From Trueperaceae bacterium (GTDB taxonomy: Bacteria > Deinococcota > Deinococci > Deinococcales > Trueperaceae), in assembly GCA_965215565.1 (NCBI GenBank), contig CBDCDZ010000004.1, positions 3,328,001 to 3,392,000 of the forward strand: a stretch of 64,000 bases of DNA, written 5' to 3'. This document shows positions 1 to 9,303 of the stretch, piece after piece (position 1 is the stretch's first letter; each line of letters begins with the position of its first letter). The notes below the pieces were generated by a model. That model was not told the origin of the DNA. It saw nothing but the letters and a program-made list of their open reading frames with translations, and searched no databases. The position numbers were made by a program, and so were the translations under genes.

Positions 1-237
1 AACCACCTGCTTGAGTTCGCTCAAGCTCGGCAAGTCGTCGCCCCAACGGATGCCCGAGTGGGTTTCCAGCTCTTTCATTGCTACCGTGACGGTGTTGCGC
101 GTCCGCGGGTATTCCTCAGGGTCCAGCGTCGAGGGGATACCCGCTTTAAGCTGCGCGGCGCGGCGCGCGGTGATCATCGAGAGTTTGTAGCGCGAATCGG
201 TCAGCGCCATGAGGTCGTCAAAGCCTTCTTGTGCCAT
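1..237 (-). CDS. rpoZ: DNA-directed RNA polymerase subunit omega (3' end runs off the window)
   Basis: Hand-translated; not in the ORF track. Sequence MAQEGFDDLMALTDSRYKLSMITARRAAQLKAG contains the omega S-R-Y-x-L...A-R-R-A motif. It has an AAGGAG RBS and lies downstream of gmk, the conserved gmk-rpoZ order. Confidence 0.93.
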   Translation of the reverse strand, partial: MAQEGFDDLMALTDSRYKLSMITARRAAQLKAGIPSTLDPEEYPRTRNTVTVAMKELETHSGIRWGDDLPSLSELKQVV

Positions 238-288
238 AGGTTTCTCCTTTATACATCATACACGGGTTTGGGATAGGGCTACTTTTAG

Positions 289-404
289 GAGCAATGAGTT
301 AAAAGCGTAGGTTGGAGCAAAGCTCAAAGGCTCTTAGCCTTTACCTGATGAGCAATGAGTCTAAAGTGTTTCAACTTTTAACTCATTGCTCGTTGCTCAT
401 TGCT
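289..404. repeat. Inverted-repeat element built from GAGCAAT/ATTGCTC heptamer-like units
   Basis: GAGCAATGAGTTAAAAG (289-305) is a perfect 17-bp inverted repeat of CTTTTAACTCATTGCTC (375-391). GAGCAATGAGTCTAAAG (350-366) recurs at 61580-61596. Confidence 0.8.
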
Positions 405-408
405 AAAT

Positions 409-1023
409 TTATAGCTCCCGCAAAAAGTTCGTGATGTCCTTCTGGGTCAGGTGCGCGGTGCGGGCGCGCTCAGCGTAGATGATACTGCAAAAGTCGCGAA
501 CGGCTGTCTCGAGCGTGTCATTCACCACCACGAAGTCGAACTCCTTGACGGCGCGAATCTCGTCGCGGGCGCGTGCTAAGCGCTTCTGGATGCGCTCTTC
601 TGAGTCGGTGCCGCGTCCGCGCAGACGGCGTTCTAGCTCGCTCAGGCTGGGCGGCGCGATAAAAACCATGACGGCTTCGGGGAGTTTGCGCTTGACCTCC
701 CTCGCGCCGACGAGTTCAAGCTCTAGGAGCGCATCCTGACCTCTTCCGAGCGCTTCCCTAACAGGCGCGGCGGGCGTGCCGTAGAAGTCGCCGACGTATT
801 CGGCGTGCTCGAGCAACTCGTCCGCCTCGATCATCGTCCGAAACGCCTCCTTTTCGTAGAAGAAGTACTGCTTGCCGTGGACTTCGCCAGGGCGACGTGA
901 GCGCGTGGTAGCGGAGATGGAGAAGTAGAGGTTGCTTAGGTCAGGCAGGGCGGCTTGACGAATCGTATCTTTGCCGACGCCCGACGCGCCGGTCATGACG
1001 AAGAGGGTGCCGGAGCGCTTCAC
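409..1023 (-). CDS. gmk: Guanylate kinase
   Basis: P-loop GASGVGKDT, SATTRSRRPGEVHGKQYFF and YGTP motifs. Start placed at GTG 1023 (MKRSGTLFVMTG) rather than 1149. Confidence 0.95.
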   Translation of the reverse strand: MKRSGTLFVMTGASGVGKDTIRQAALPDLSNLYFSISATTRSRRPGEVHGKQYFFYEKEAFRTMIEADELLEHAEYVGDFYGTPAAPVREALGRGQDALLELELVGAREVKRKLPEAVMVFIAPPSLSELERRLRGRGTDSEERIQKRLARARDEIRAVKEFDFVVVNDTLETAVRDFCSIIYAERARTAHLTQKDITNFLREL

Positions 1024-1310
1024 GGAACGAAGGTGAGAAGAGTTGCGTTGCGAGGACAGGCGAAGAGATGCATGGCAGAAATGTAACATAACGGCGCGGC
1101 CGCGCGCACCGCTCAGGCTGCGATTCGGATTTTTCACACGCCTTAGCACCTCGCCCCCTTTATCCTAGACACCGATGTCCCCCGGTCCATGCCTGTAGGT
1201 TCGGAGGAAATGTTCAGAAAGTGATGACGTCATGAAGAGAGCGAGCTGCGTAGTGGATACCCTAACTCACACCTACATACCCGGTTATGCACCTAGCGGC
1301 GGGGTGACCG

Positions 1311-2339
1311 GTGGCTAACGAAGTGTACACCCAGGCGCTAGGCGCTATGCAGAGGCTCGTGTCGGCTAGAGCGGCCAGCCGCGCCTTAGATAGCGCCCTC
1401 AAAGCGAGAGGGGAGACCCCGGACACCGTCGACGCCGAGGTGATGAGCCGCGTTTTGCTCGGACCTATTCTGAGCGAATTCGAAACGATCTTGCCGCGCG
1501 AAGGGCTCAAGCGCCAACTGCGCAGCTTGGCGGCGAACCTGCGCAAGAACTTTCCCAAGCCCCTCCTCATTGAGCCGGAAAGCGCCAACTTGGACGCCGA
1601 CGTCAACGCTGACGTGGACGCCGATACAGACGCCGACGCGGATATTTACTCAGAAGAGGAGATGCGCCAAGTCGTAGCCAATGAAGCGTCGACGCCGAGC
1701 GCGCACGAAACGGAGCCCGGTTTCGTTTATCAGACGAACGCGCTGAACGGCGTGCCCGAAAGCTTAGACCTTATATTTTCGGTGACGTCGTCGTCCGTCA
1801 GGACGCCCTCAGCGCCCCAAGGTGTCGCCGCCGCACCGCAACCCGCCGCACAACCCGCCGAGGAAGCGCGAAACGTTGTGAGCGCAGCGCTCGAGTCGGG
1901 AGACTTGCTCGAAATCCCCGAGGAACTGCTCGAGCTACCGGACTCGTTCGAGCCTGAACTTGAAACGCCCGGCACTTCCGCGCCTGAAACGCCTACCGAA
2001 ACGCCCACACCGCCTCTCTCCGGGGCGCAGCTCGAGGCGGCGGTGCTGCGTTTCGCGCAGTTAGAGCAGGTCAAGTTCGTCGCGGCGCTCCGTCCGAACG
2101 GTGAGGTTGCCGCGCAGCGTGGCAGCGGCATCGACGTCGCGGCGCTCGCACAGCTTGGGCTCGTCGGGCTCAGGCTGCTGCGCCGCAGCGGTCCGCTGCG
2201 CACCTACTACCTCGCGCACACGCGCGGACAGCTCTTTTTGCTCCCTTTTGGGGAGGACACGCTCACACTCGTCGGCACGCCGGAACTCAACGTCGGCGCG
2301 ATATTTAACACGTTTACGTCTCTCAAGGAGGAATTATGA
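1311..2339 (+). CDS. Hypothetical protein: helical N-terminal domain, acidic low-complexity linker, C-terminal roadblock/LC7 (MglB)-like domain
   Basis: 342-aa ORF. The C-terminal ~100 aa show a roadblock-like pattern (LEQVKFVAALRPNGEVAAQRG...GQLFLLPFGEDTLTLVG...LNVGAIF). The N-terminus resembles that of ORF 4268..6466. Confidence 0.65.
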   Translation: MANEVYTQALGAMQRLVSARAASRALDSALKARGETPDTVDAEVMSRVLLGPILSEFETILPREGLKRQLRSLAANLRKNFPKPLLIEPESANLDADVNADVDADTDADADIYSEEEMRQVVANEASTPSAHETEPGFVYQTNALNGVPESLDLIFSVTSSSVRTPSAPQGVAAAPQPAAQPAEEARNVVSAALESGDLLEIPEELLELPDSFEPELETPGTSAPETPTETPTPPLSGAQLEAAVLRFAQLEQVKFVAALRPNGEVAAQRGSGIDVAALAQLGLVGLRLLRRSGPLRTYYLAHTRGQLFLLPFGEDTLTLVGTPELNVGAIFNTFTSLKEEL

Positions 2340-4261
2340 TTCGCCGTACCATGTTAGCTAGGGCGCTCGCCCTGACCCTCGTTTCCGCACCGCTCGCGCT
2401 CGCACAAACTGCGCAGGGAGGCGCGCAAGGGAGCGTTCAAACCCAGCAAGATGAGCTTTTGAGCACGTACGAAGAAGCGTTCGCGGCGCTCAACGCGAGC
2501 GTCAAGGCGCTGCCGCAAGACAGCGCGGTGAGCGCGGAGCAGCTCGAGCGAGCCCAGCTTGGACTCACCGCACTCGCCGAGGACGCGCCTACCGCTTTTG
2601 TTAGCGGCCTTAGTGACACTTTTGCCCGCGCCCGCGACGCGATTCGCAACCGCTCGCAGGTGGACTTAGCGGTGCAAGCGGCGGTCCTTAAAGGCGGCTT
2701 CCACCGCCTCGTCTACGAAGCGGCGCTACGAGACGCCGCTTCGGGTAACGCCCCGCGCGCGCAGCGCCGCCTCGCTCAACTCGCGTCGGACATGGGCCTA
2801 CCCGCCGAAACGCGGCGCGCATTTCAAGAGGTAGAGACGCGCCGCGCGCTCCAAGCTGCGTTCGAAGCGGGCGTCGCTCAGACGATCAGCGCGCGTTTAG
2901 AGACGACGCAAAACGTCGCTCTGAGCGACGCGAACTTCGCCTATCAAGCGATCGCGCAAGCCTACGGTAAGTTCGTTCCCGTCCAGGACTCGCCCCGCTT
3001 GCCGCCCGAAACCGCCGAGACCTTTGTGAACGCCTTCAGCGCGCTCGTCGGCGCTGAGAACGAAGCGCTTACCGCCCAAGTCGCGCAGCTCGCAGCGCAG
3101 ATGCAGACCTTCGGAGCGGCGGCTGCCGCCGTGCTCAACCCGGAGGCGGGCGCAACCTCGGCTGGTGCGTCTGAGAGCAGCGCGCAGGTCGCGCAACTCA
3201 GCGAGCAGGCGCAAGCCCTCGAGACCGCCGCCGCCAACCCGAGCGTCAACGAGAGCGCGAGCGCGGGCACGAGCGCGGGTACGAGAACGGGCGTAGCGGA
3301 GGGTGAGGTCAGCGTAGCGCAGCTACAAGGAGGACAAGCGTCCCTTTCAACCTCTGGGGAACAGGGAACTGCGCCGGGTGCGTCCGACGAAACAGAGCCC
3401 GTAGCGACTCAGCCTGACGCGCTTAGCCTCGAGTTGCAAACCTACACGCTCGCCGCGAGCCCCTCCGCGCGTCTCGAAGCGGCGTACCGCGCCGAAGGGT
3501 TTGAGAGCGTCCAAGATGCCCTCGACGCGCTCTACGCGAGAGGCGCTAAGGCGCTCGCCTCCGCGCAGCTCGGCGACGTCGGCGGCGCGCAAGTCTTGGT
3601 GGGTGAGTTCGGCGCGGACTACCGCACCTTCGTCGCGCCCCTCCTGAGCGACGAGAGCGTGCGCAGTACGACGAGCAGGCTCATCTCCGGTCTGCAGGAC
3701 TCGCCTGCTCTGCGCCCACAAGACCTGAACGTTTTGCTCGCGCAAGTCGGCGTTGTAAGCGGGAGCTTGCGCGGCGCTGAGCCCTCGCTGATGAGCCGCC
3801 TTTCCGCGAGCACGGGGCTCTTCTGGATGGGACCGATTCGCCTCAGCATCATGATCATCCTCTGCTTCTTCGCGTTCGTGCCGCTCTACCTCTTAAACCT
3901 CGCTTTCGGCGGCGGCAACCGCAACTGGCAGTACATCGGCGTGGCGCTCTTTTTGCTCCTCTTGCCGGTCATCTTTGAAGGCTTGAGCTTCATGGGTTCT
4001 GCCATTGCCACCTTCGCAGGTGCCTCGGCGCTCGAGCCCGCCGCGACTTTGTCCATCTTCCAGACGCCGCTCGCTCGGGTGGCTTGGGCTGTAGTCAGCG
4101 CGGTCGCCATCTCCTTCGCGAGCGTCGGGCTCTACGGTATCTGCGTGCAGTTCGGGCTGCTCGGCAAGCAAGAAGAGCCGAGCGACGCTTCGGTTTCAGA
4201 CACGCAGCTCTACCTCACGTCGGACGGTCCTGATACGATCGACTGGGACGAGGAGTTCTAA
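2336..4261 (+). CDS. Exported membrane protein: signal peptide, large Ala/Gln-rich helical domain, ~3 C-terminal TM helices
   Basis: 641-aa ORF with a Sec signal (MIRRTMLARALALTLVSAPLALA), hydrophobic C-terminal segments and an acidic tail DWDEEF. ATGA overlap with the upstream gene; AAGGAGG RBS. Confidence 0.75.
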   Translation: MIRRTMLARALALTLVSAPLALAQTAQGGAQGSVQTQQDELLSTYEEAFAALNASVKALPQDSAVSAEQLERAQLGLTALAEDAPTAFVSGLSDTFARARDAIRNRSQVDLAVQAAVLKGGFHRLVYEAALRDAASGNAPRAQRRLAQLASDMGLPAETRRAFQEVETRRALQAAFEAGVAQTISARLETTQNVALSDANFAYQAIAQAYGKFVPVQDSPRLPPETAETFVNAFSALVGAENEALTAQVAQLAAQMQTFGAAAAAVLNPEAGATSAGASESSAQVAQLSEQAQALETAAANPSVNESASAGTSAGTRTGVAEGEVSVAQLQGGQASLSTSGEQGTAPGASDETEPVATQPDALSLELQTYTLAASPSARLEAAYRAEGFESVQDALDALYARGAKALASAQLGDVGGAQVLVGEFGADYRTFVAPLLSDESVRSTTSRLISGLQDSPALRPQDLNVLLAQVGVVSGSLRGAEPSLMSRLSASTGLFWMGPIRLSIMIILCFFAFVPLYLLNLAFGGGNRNWQYIGVALFLLLLPVIFEGLSFMGSAIATFAGASALEPAATLSIFQTPLARVAWAVVSAVAISFASVGLYGICVQFGLLGKQEEPSDASVSDTQLYLTSDGPDTIDWDEEF

Positions 4262-4267
4262 GGGTCT

Positions 4268-6466
4268 ATGGCGAATTCGGTCTACCAAGCTACTATCGAG
4301 CAGCTCGAGGGCGTCCTCTCCCCTCGCGTCGCCTCACAATCCTTGCAAGAGGGACTTAAAAAACTTCAGAAAACCCCTGATACCGTCACGGCCGAAGACA
4401 TAGAAACGATCCTCAAGGCGCAAGTGTACCGCCGCTTGCAGGTGACGCTGCCGCCTGAGAAGGCGAAAGAAGCGGTGGAAAATCTCCTGGAGGGGTTGCA
4501 CAGCGCGCCTAAAAAGGCGGCAGCGAAAGTAGACCTGCAGGGGCAAGCGCAAGCTATCAAAAACTTAAAAGACGCGCTCAAACCCTTTAACCTCTACTTC
4601 GAATGGCCCGAGACGCAGAAGTTGCGGGCGCAGTTGCAGCTTTTAGAAATGGAGCAAGAGGCGGGGCGAGACGCGCACGAGCTTATGGACGAGGCGCGCG
4701 CGCAGCTAGGCGTCTTAGAGCAGAAGCTCGAGGGTCAGCTCGTCACGCAAGCGGCCGAGCTGAGCGAACTTGGAGATGCGTTCAAACAGGTCAAGTCTCT
4801 GGGCGGTTCCAAAGTGCGCCGTTTAGAGAACCTCATCGGGCAGATAGAGAGTGCCCAGGAGACGCGCCAGATCGCCTCAGGTGAGGTGGAGCGCGCGCGC
4901 AAACTCGCCACGGACCTGCGCAAGCTCGTCGCCTCGGCGGTGCTCGAGTCTTCCGACACCCAAACGGTAGTAGGCGACGCCAACCCCACCTCCGCGCAGA
5001 CGAGTCGGGTCAGCGAGGAACTCAAGCGCCTCGACCTCGAGAACGACGCGCGCGAAGTTCAGCGTCTCGCGGGGGAGTTCGCCAACCTCTTTCTCTTCGA
5101 GCCCGCGCTGGCGGAGCGCCTAGGGGGCGCGAGGGAGGCGCTCGCGCAGGAAACGCCCCTGGGCGAGCGCTTAGCTGAGCTGCGCGCTACCTTGACGCAG
5201 GCGCAAGCGGACCTGCGCGCGTCGCTGCGCAGTGAATTCGGTGCAGTGGCGGCGGAACTCAAGACGTTGGAGGGCGTAGATGCGCACGAGCTAGAGGTGG
5301 CGCTGCCCGTGACGCTCAGCGTCTTGGAGACGACGCTGCCTGCACGCGCCGACGTGCAGCGTGTCCGCGACCTCTACAGCCTGCTCACGGCGGAAGGAAC
5401 CGACGATCCCGAGCGGGCGGCGCAAATTGCCGAGCTGCACCAGTTGGAGAGCGAAGCGGCGGCGTATTTAGAACTGGACGACGACGCCGCGCTGCAACTC
5501 GCGCTGCTGCTCGACGCTTCGCGTACGCAACTCGAGGTAGGCCGCAAAGCGGACGAGTTAGCGCGAGCGTGGCCCATTCTCAAAGAGGTGCGCGAAGCTG
5601 TGGCGCAGCGCGCCGCCACTTTCGAGCCGCGCCTAGACGCCGCGCTCGCCGCCTTTAAGCCCATTGCGAGCCTCAACACCGACGAGACACTTCAAGTGAA
5701 GCGCACGCTTAGTCATTTAGACGCGCAGCGAGACGCCTTCAGCAGGGTCGCGCCCACAATGCAAGCGAAGCTCGTCATCGCCCTGCGCGACGCCGAAGTG
5801 ACGCTCCAGGAGCTGCAAAACGTCTGGGAGGCGACGCGCGCGGTGGCGGGTCAACTCGTTAGCGACAACGCCTTCGACGATATCTTGGGCATTTTCGGCT
5901 CCGGCGACGAGGTGAGCGGAGGGGCTAAAAAAAAAGTAGCCTCGCCTGACGAAAGCCGAGTCGATGAGGTCCGAGTCGATGAGGTCGAAGTCAATGAGGT
6001 CCGGGTCAGAGGTGCCCAGGCAAATGAGGTGCAAGCCGACGACGCGGCCGAAACGCCCAAAGACATCGAGCCAGACGCGCAACTCAGCGCTTGGTTAGAC
6101 GCCTATGCACACCTTCAAGGCGTGAGTGGCGTGGTCTTGTTTCTGCGGGAGGGGCGCGTGGCAGCGGGTGAGGCGAAGGCGTTCTCCGCACCCTTTCACC
6201 GAGCGGTGAGGGCGCTCTCGCGTGACCTCAGCAAGCTCGGTGAGGCGTTGCACGTCGGTGAGGCTCAGGTCTTCATCTTAGAGATGCCTAGCTACACCGT
6301 CGTGACTGCGTGGCCCAATACGCACGCTTACTTGGGGCTCATCGTCACCACGCCCGCCATGCTCAACCCCACGCTCAAGAAGCTGCGCGGCGAGTTGCCG
6401 GAGCTGCGCGATCTGCTACACTCGCTCCATGACGCAACCCGGCAGGGCGCAGCTCAACCTAGATAA
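4268..6466 (+). CDS. Long coiled-coil protein with C-terminal roadblock/LC7-like domain
   Basis: 732-aa ORF with a heptad-rich central region. The C-terminus LQGVSGVVLFLREGRVAAG...LGEALHVGEAQVFILEMPSYTVV matches the roadblock/MglB pattern. Confidence 0.7.
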   Translation: MANSVYQATIEQLEGVLSPRVASQSLQEGLKKLQKTPDTVTAEDIETILKAQVYRRLQVTLPPEKAKEAVENLLEGLHSAPKKAAAKVDLQGQAQAIKNLKDALKPFNLYFEWPETQKLRAQLQLLEMEQEAGRDAHELMDEARAQLGVLEQKLEGQLVTQAAELSELGDAFKQVKSLGGSKVRRLENLIGQIESAQETRQIASGEVERARKLATDLRKLVASAVLESSDTQTVVGDANPTSAQTSRVSEELKRLDLENDAREVQRLAGEFANLFLFEPALAERLGGAREALAQETPLGERLAELRATLTQAQADLRASLRSEFGAVAAELKTLEGVDAHELEVALPVTLSVLETTLPARADVQRVRDLYSLLTAEGTDDPERAAQIAELHQLESEAAAYLELDDDAALQLALLLDASRTQLEVGRKADELARAWPILKEVREAVAQRAATFEPRLDAALAAFKPIASLNTDETLQVKRTLSHLDAQRDAFSRVAPTMQAKLVIALRDAEVTLQELQNVWEATRAVAGQLVSDNAFDDILGIFGSGDEVSGGAKKKVASPDESRVDEVRVDEVEVNEVRVRGAQANEVQADDAAETPKDIEPDAQLSAWLDAYAHLQGVSGVVLFLREGRVAAGEAKAFSAPFHRAVRALSRDLSKLGEALHVGEAQVFILEMPSYTVVTAWPNTHAYLGLIVTTPAMLNPTLKKLRGELPELRDLLHSLHDATRQGAAQPR
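5957..6001 (+). repeat. In-frame 15-bp tandem repeat (RVDEV-RVDEV-EVNEV)
   Basis: CGAGTCGATGAGGTC twice, followed by GAAGTCAATGAGGTC. Confidence 0.85.
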
Positions 6467-6911
6467 CGGCCCAGATAACAGCCTGAATTTGCCTACACTC
6501 GAGGCGACGGAACGCCTCGCCGCGTCTCTCCTCCGCCTCGCGCCCAGGGGCACTCTGCTCGTGCTTTCGGGTCCGCTCGGCGCGGGCAAGACGACGCTCG
6601 TACAGGCGCTCGGGCGCGAGCTAGGCAGCGACGCCCACATCAGCAGCCCCACCTACACTCTCATTCACGAATACCCGAGCCCGGCAGGGCTCCTCGTCCA
6701 CATCGACGCCTACCGCCTGCCGAGCGCCGACGCCCTCTTGGACCTCGGTCTAGAGGACTACTTGGCGCGGGCGCGTTTGGTTGCCGCCGAGTGGGGCGAG
6801 GGACTACTCAAGGATTTCCCCGACGCCCTCGAGGTGAGGCTCGAGCTGAGCGCAGAAGGGCAACGCTACGCGAGCGTGTTGAAGGAGGGACGCGCTATAG
6901 AAGTTTCGTAA
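6429..6911 (+). CDS. tsaE: tRNA threonylcarbamoyladenosine biosynthesis ATPase TsaE
   Basis: Motifs LSGPLGAGKTT, SSPTYTLIHEY, HIDAYRL and EWGE. Confidence 0.95.
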   Translation: MTQPGRAQLNLDNGPDNSLNLPTLEATERLAASLLRLAPRGTLLVLSGPLGAGKTTLVQALGRELGSDAHISSPTYTLIHEYPSPAGLLVHIDAYRLPSADALLDLGLEDYLARARLVAAEWGEGLLKDFPDALEVRLELSAEGQRYASVLKEGRAIEVS

Positions 6912-7014
6912 ACGGATAGTTCATGCGTTTTCAGGTGTAGAATTTAGGTGTAGAACTGGGTGCAAATACACGCGTGGATATGCACGCAAGCTGGTGATGA
7001 AACGTACGTTGTAC

Positions 7015-7148
7015 AGTAGTGGCGCTATTAGGAATGACGCAGAGGTTGAACAAGGGGTTGCAACCCTTTATTTTACACGGAACCCCTTGTTCATCACACG
7101 GAAACGCCGCAAGACGTACCTGTCGGCTTTCTATCTGAACCCACTACC
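7015..7148. mobile_element. MITE-like element, family 2 (GGTAGTGG termini, internal AACAAGGGG..CCCCTTGTT hairpin)
   Basis: Left end AGTAGTGGCGCTATTAGGAATGAC; the right end reverse-complements to GGTAGTGGGTTCAGATAGAAAG. Homologous, in opposite orientation, to 19502-19617 and 16394-16455. Confidence 0.65.
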
Positions 7149-7199
7149 GCCGTACTTAATCTTCTACTCGTATTTTGCACAGAAATTTCACGAACAAGA

Positions 7200-7427
7200 C
7201 AGTAGGTATCATCTGGTCAGAGTGTACGAAGTTTTGCGAAGCAACACTCGCACTTTGTAAAACGATGTTTCCTTTTGCTGCGCAAAAACTACGTAACCGG
7301 AAAACTGCGTAACTAGCACGCACTTCAAGGGATGAAATCCCGCAACGGCAGGGCGGCCTGCCCGTAACGCTAGTCCTTACGGACAGAGATCTGCGCTCAT
7401 CCGTCTCAGTATGTTGTGGAACTGCTA
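7200..7427 (+). mobile_element. MITE-like element, family 1, copy A
   Basis: Begins CAGTAGGTATCATCTGGTCAG and ends TCTCAGTATGTTGTGGAACTGCTA. Shares TAGCACGCAC and GAGATCTGCG blocks with other copies. Confidence 0.8.
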
Positions 7428-7512
7428 AAGAGGTTGCGACGCTTGAGTCGGTTGACCCGCTCGTGTCAGTTCGTCACGCAAAAAAGAGCGGCTAGAACCA
7501 GTAGACTGACCT

Positions 7513-8106
7513 ATGCCTTATTCCCGCCCTGACAGTTCCCTAATCTACTTAGGCATCGACAGTTCGAGCGCCTATCTCGCCCTCGCGCTCTGGTCTCCTG
7601 CTGGGGTTTTAGGGCGCTTTTGCGAAGAGGTCGGGCGGGAGCACGCAACTCGCATCGGGGTTGAATTGGAGAGGATATTGGCGCGTGCGGGCGTGCGGCG
7701 GAGTGACCTCGCGGGCGTCGGGGTGGGCACGGGTCCGGGGTCTTACACGGGGCTCAGAGTGGGCGTGGCGACGGCGCAAGGGATCGCGCAAGGCTTGAAC
7801 GTTCCTCTAGGCGGCGAGAGTAGCCTCGCGGCGATGGCGGCGGCTCATCTGACGTCTGACAAGCCGAAAGGTGTCGTCGCGCTGGACGCGCGGCGCGGGA
7901 ACGTCTACGCGGGCGTGTTCGAACGAACAGGGTTTGAAGAGGGTCACGCAGAGATTCGCTATAGCGGTACCGAGAAGGTCTCGAGAGAGGCGCTCCGGGC
8001 GCGCTACCCTGCGCTCCCTTATTTCGAGAACGTCGCCCCGGACGCCGCCTATCTTGCCCGCCGCGCCGCTGCGGGTGCGGGGGACACGACACCGCTCTAC
8101 CTTTAG
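7513..8106 (+). CDS. tsaB: tRNA threonylcarbamoyladenosine biosynthesis protein TsaB
   Basis: Motifs LGIDSS, GTGPGSYTGLRVG and DARRGNVY. Confidence 0.95.
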   Translation: MPYSRPDSSLIYLGIDSSSAYLALALWSPAGVLGRFCEEVGREHATRIGVELERILARAGVRRSDLAGVGVGTGPGSYTGLRVGVATAQGIAQGLNVPLGGESSLAAMAAAHLTSDKPKGVVALDARRGNVYAGVFERTGFEEGHAEIRYSGTEKVSREALRARYPALPYFENVAPDAAYLARRAAAGAGDTTPLYL

Positions 8107-8248
8107 TTTTTAGCGCTTTGGGAAAGAAGGATAGCTCGGCGGAGGCGGTATACTGCAATCACTGTGAATATCTCTACTAATCTCGTGTTCTACGCGGAAA
8201 ACTACCATACACACCGCAAATCCGCTCTATATCAACCGAGTGCGTACG

Positions 8249-9277
8249 ATGTTTAGCCGCCAGCAGCTCGGCGTGGACTTAGGTTCCTCGTGGGTCCGCA
8301 TCTCGGCTAGAGGTAAAGGTATCGTCCTGCGTGAACCCTCAACCGTGGCGCTCGCTGAGGAAGCGCGAGTCGTAGCGGCGGGGAGCGAGGCGGTACGTAA
8401 GGTAGAGGACGCGCCCGAAGCCGTCACGGCCGTGCGCCCTCTGCGCGACGGTTTTGCGGCGGATTACGACCTTACGGCGGCGATGCTCCGCGCCTTTCTC
8501 AAACAAGGGGTAGGCGCGCTGGGGCGTTTTTCGAGCCCCGATGTTATCTTGAGCATCTCCTCCGGCGCGAGCGACGCTGAAAAAGAGGCTGCGCTGCGAG
8601 CGGCTCAGGAGGTGGCGCGTCACGTATCGCTCATTCCCGCGCCGTTCGCGGCTGCTCTGGGAGCGGACCTCGGTGTAAGGAGGGGGGCGAGCGCGATGAT
8701 CGTCCATATTGGCGGCAGTGTGACGGACATTGCGGTTATCCGGGACGGGGAGACCGTCGCAGCGGAGCCCTTGCGCGCGGCAGGCTACGAATTCGACGAG
8801 GCAATCGTCCGTTTAGCGCGTTCTAAAGCCAAGCTCCTCATCGGTGAGCACACGGCTGAAGAGGTCAAGCTCGAGCTGGGCGCGGTTAGCTTGAGTACCT
8901 CTGAGCCCGCTACGGAGAAAACTATAAGGGTACGCGGACGCGACGTGGCGCTAGGGACGCCCAAAACTGCGCACCTAAACGCACGTGAGGTGGCGGACGC
9001 GCTGCGCGAGCCGCTGCGCAAAATCGCGGCGGGGGTGCGGCGCGTGCTCGAGACCGTCCCCCCCGACGTCGCCGCCGATGTGATCAGCGGCAGCGTCACG
9101 CTGACGGGCGGCGGCGCACGCCTACCTAACTCGGCTGAGTTTTTGCACCAGCAGACAGGTCTTCCGGTGAGGTTGGCCGGCAATCCTGCAGACTGCGCCG
9201 TGCTCGGCGCGAGCCGCGCTTTCGAACACCCTTCGCACGCGCTGTCCGAATCGCCATCGTCCTCCGACGAATACTGA
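8249..9277 (+). CDS. mreB: MreB/Mbl-family actin-like protein, divergent
   Basis: Motifs GVDLG, IVLREPS, VRPLRDG, LLIGEHTAEEVK, VRGRD and LTGGGA. Several nucleotide-binding residues are altered (see findings). Confidence 0.85.
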   Translation: MFSRQQLGVDLGSSWVRISARGKGIVLREPSTVALAEEARVVAAGSEAVRKVEDAPEAVTAVRPLRDGFAADYDLTAAMLRAFLKQGVGALGRFSSPDVILSISSGASDAEKEAALRAAQEVARHVSLIPAPFAAALGADLGVRRGASAMIVHIGGSVTDIAVIRDGETVAAEPLRAAGYEFDEAIVRLARSKAKLLIGEHTAEEVKLELGAVSLSTSEPATEKTIRVRGRDVALGTPKTAHLNAREVADALREPLRKIAAGVRRVLETVPPDVAADVISGSVTLTGGGARLPNSAEFLHQQTGLPVRLAGNPADCAVLGASRAFEHPSHALSESPSSSDEY

Positions 9278-9303
9278 GGGGACAAACGCTAAAGGGTCAA
9301 GCG

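Noticed and set aside
58..276. 72-aa plus-strand ORF
   Set aside because: Antisense to rpoZ, which is the supported gene here.
1024..1149. N-terminal extension of Gmk
   Set aside because: Gmk homology starts just before the P-loop; the extension covers the divergent promoter region.
6994..7260. 88-aa ORF
   Set aside because: Composed of family 2 and family 1 repeat sequence; no protein family resemblance.
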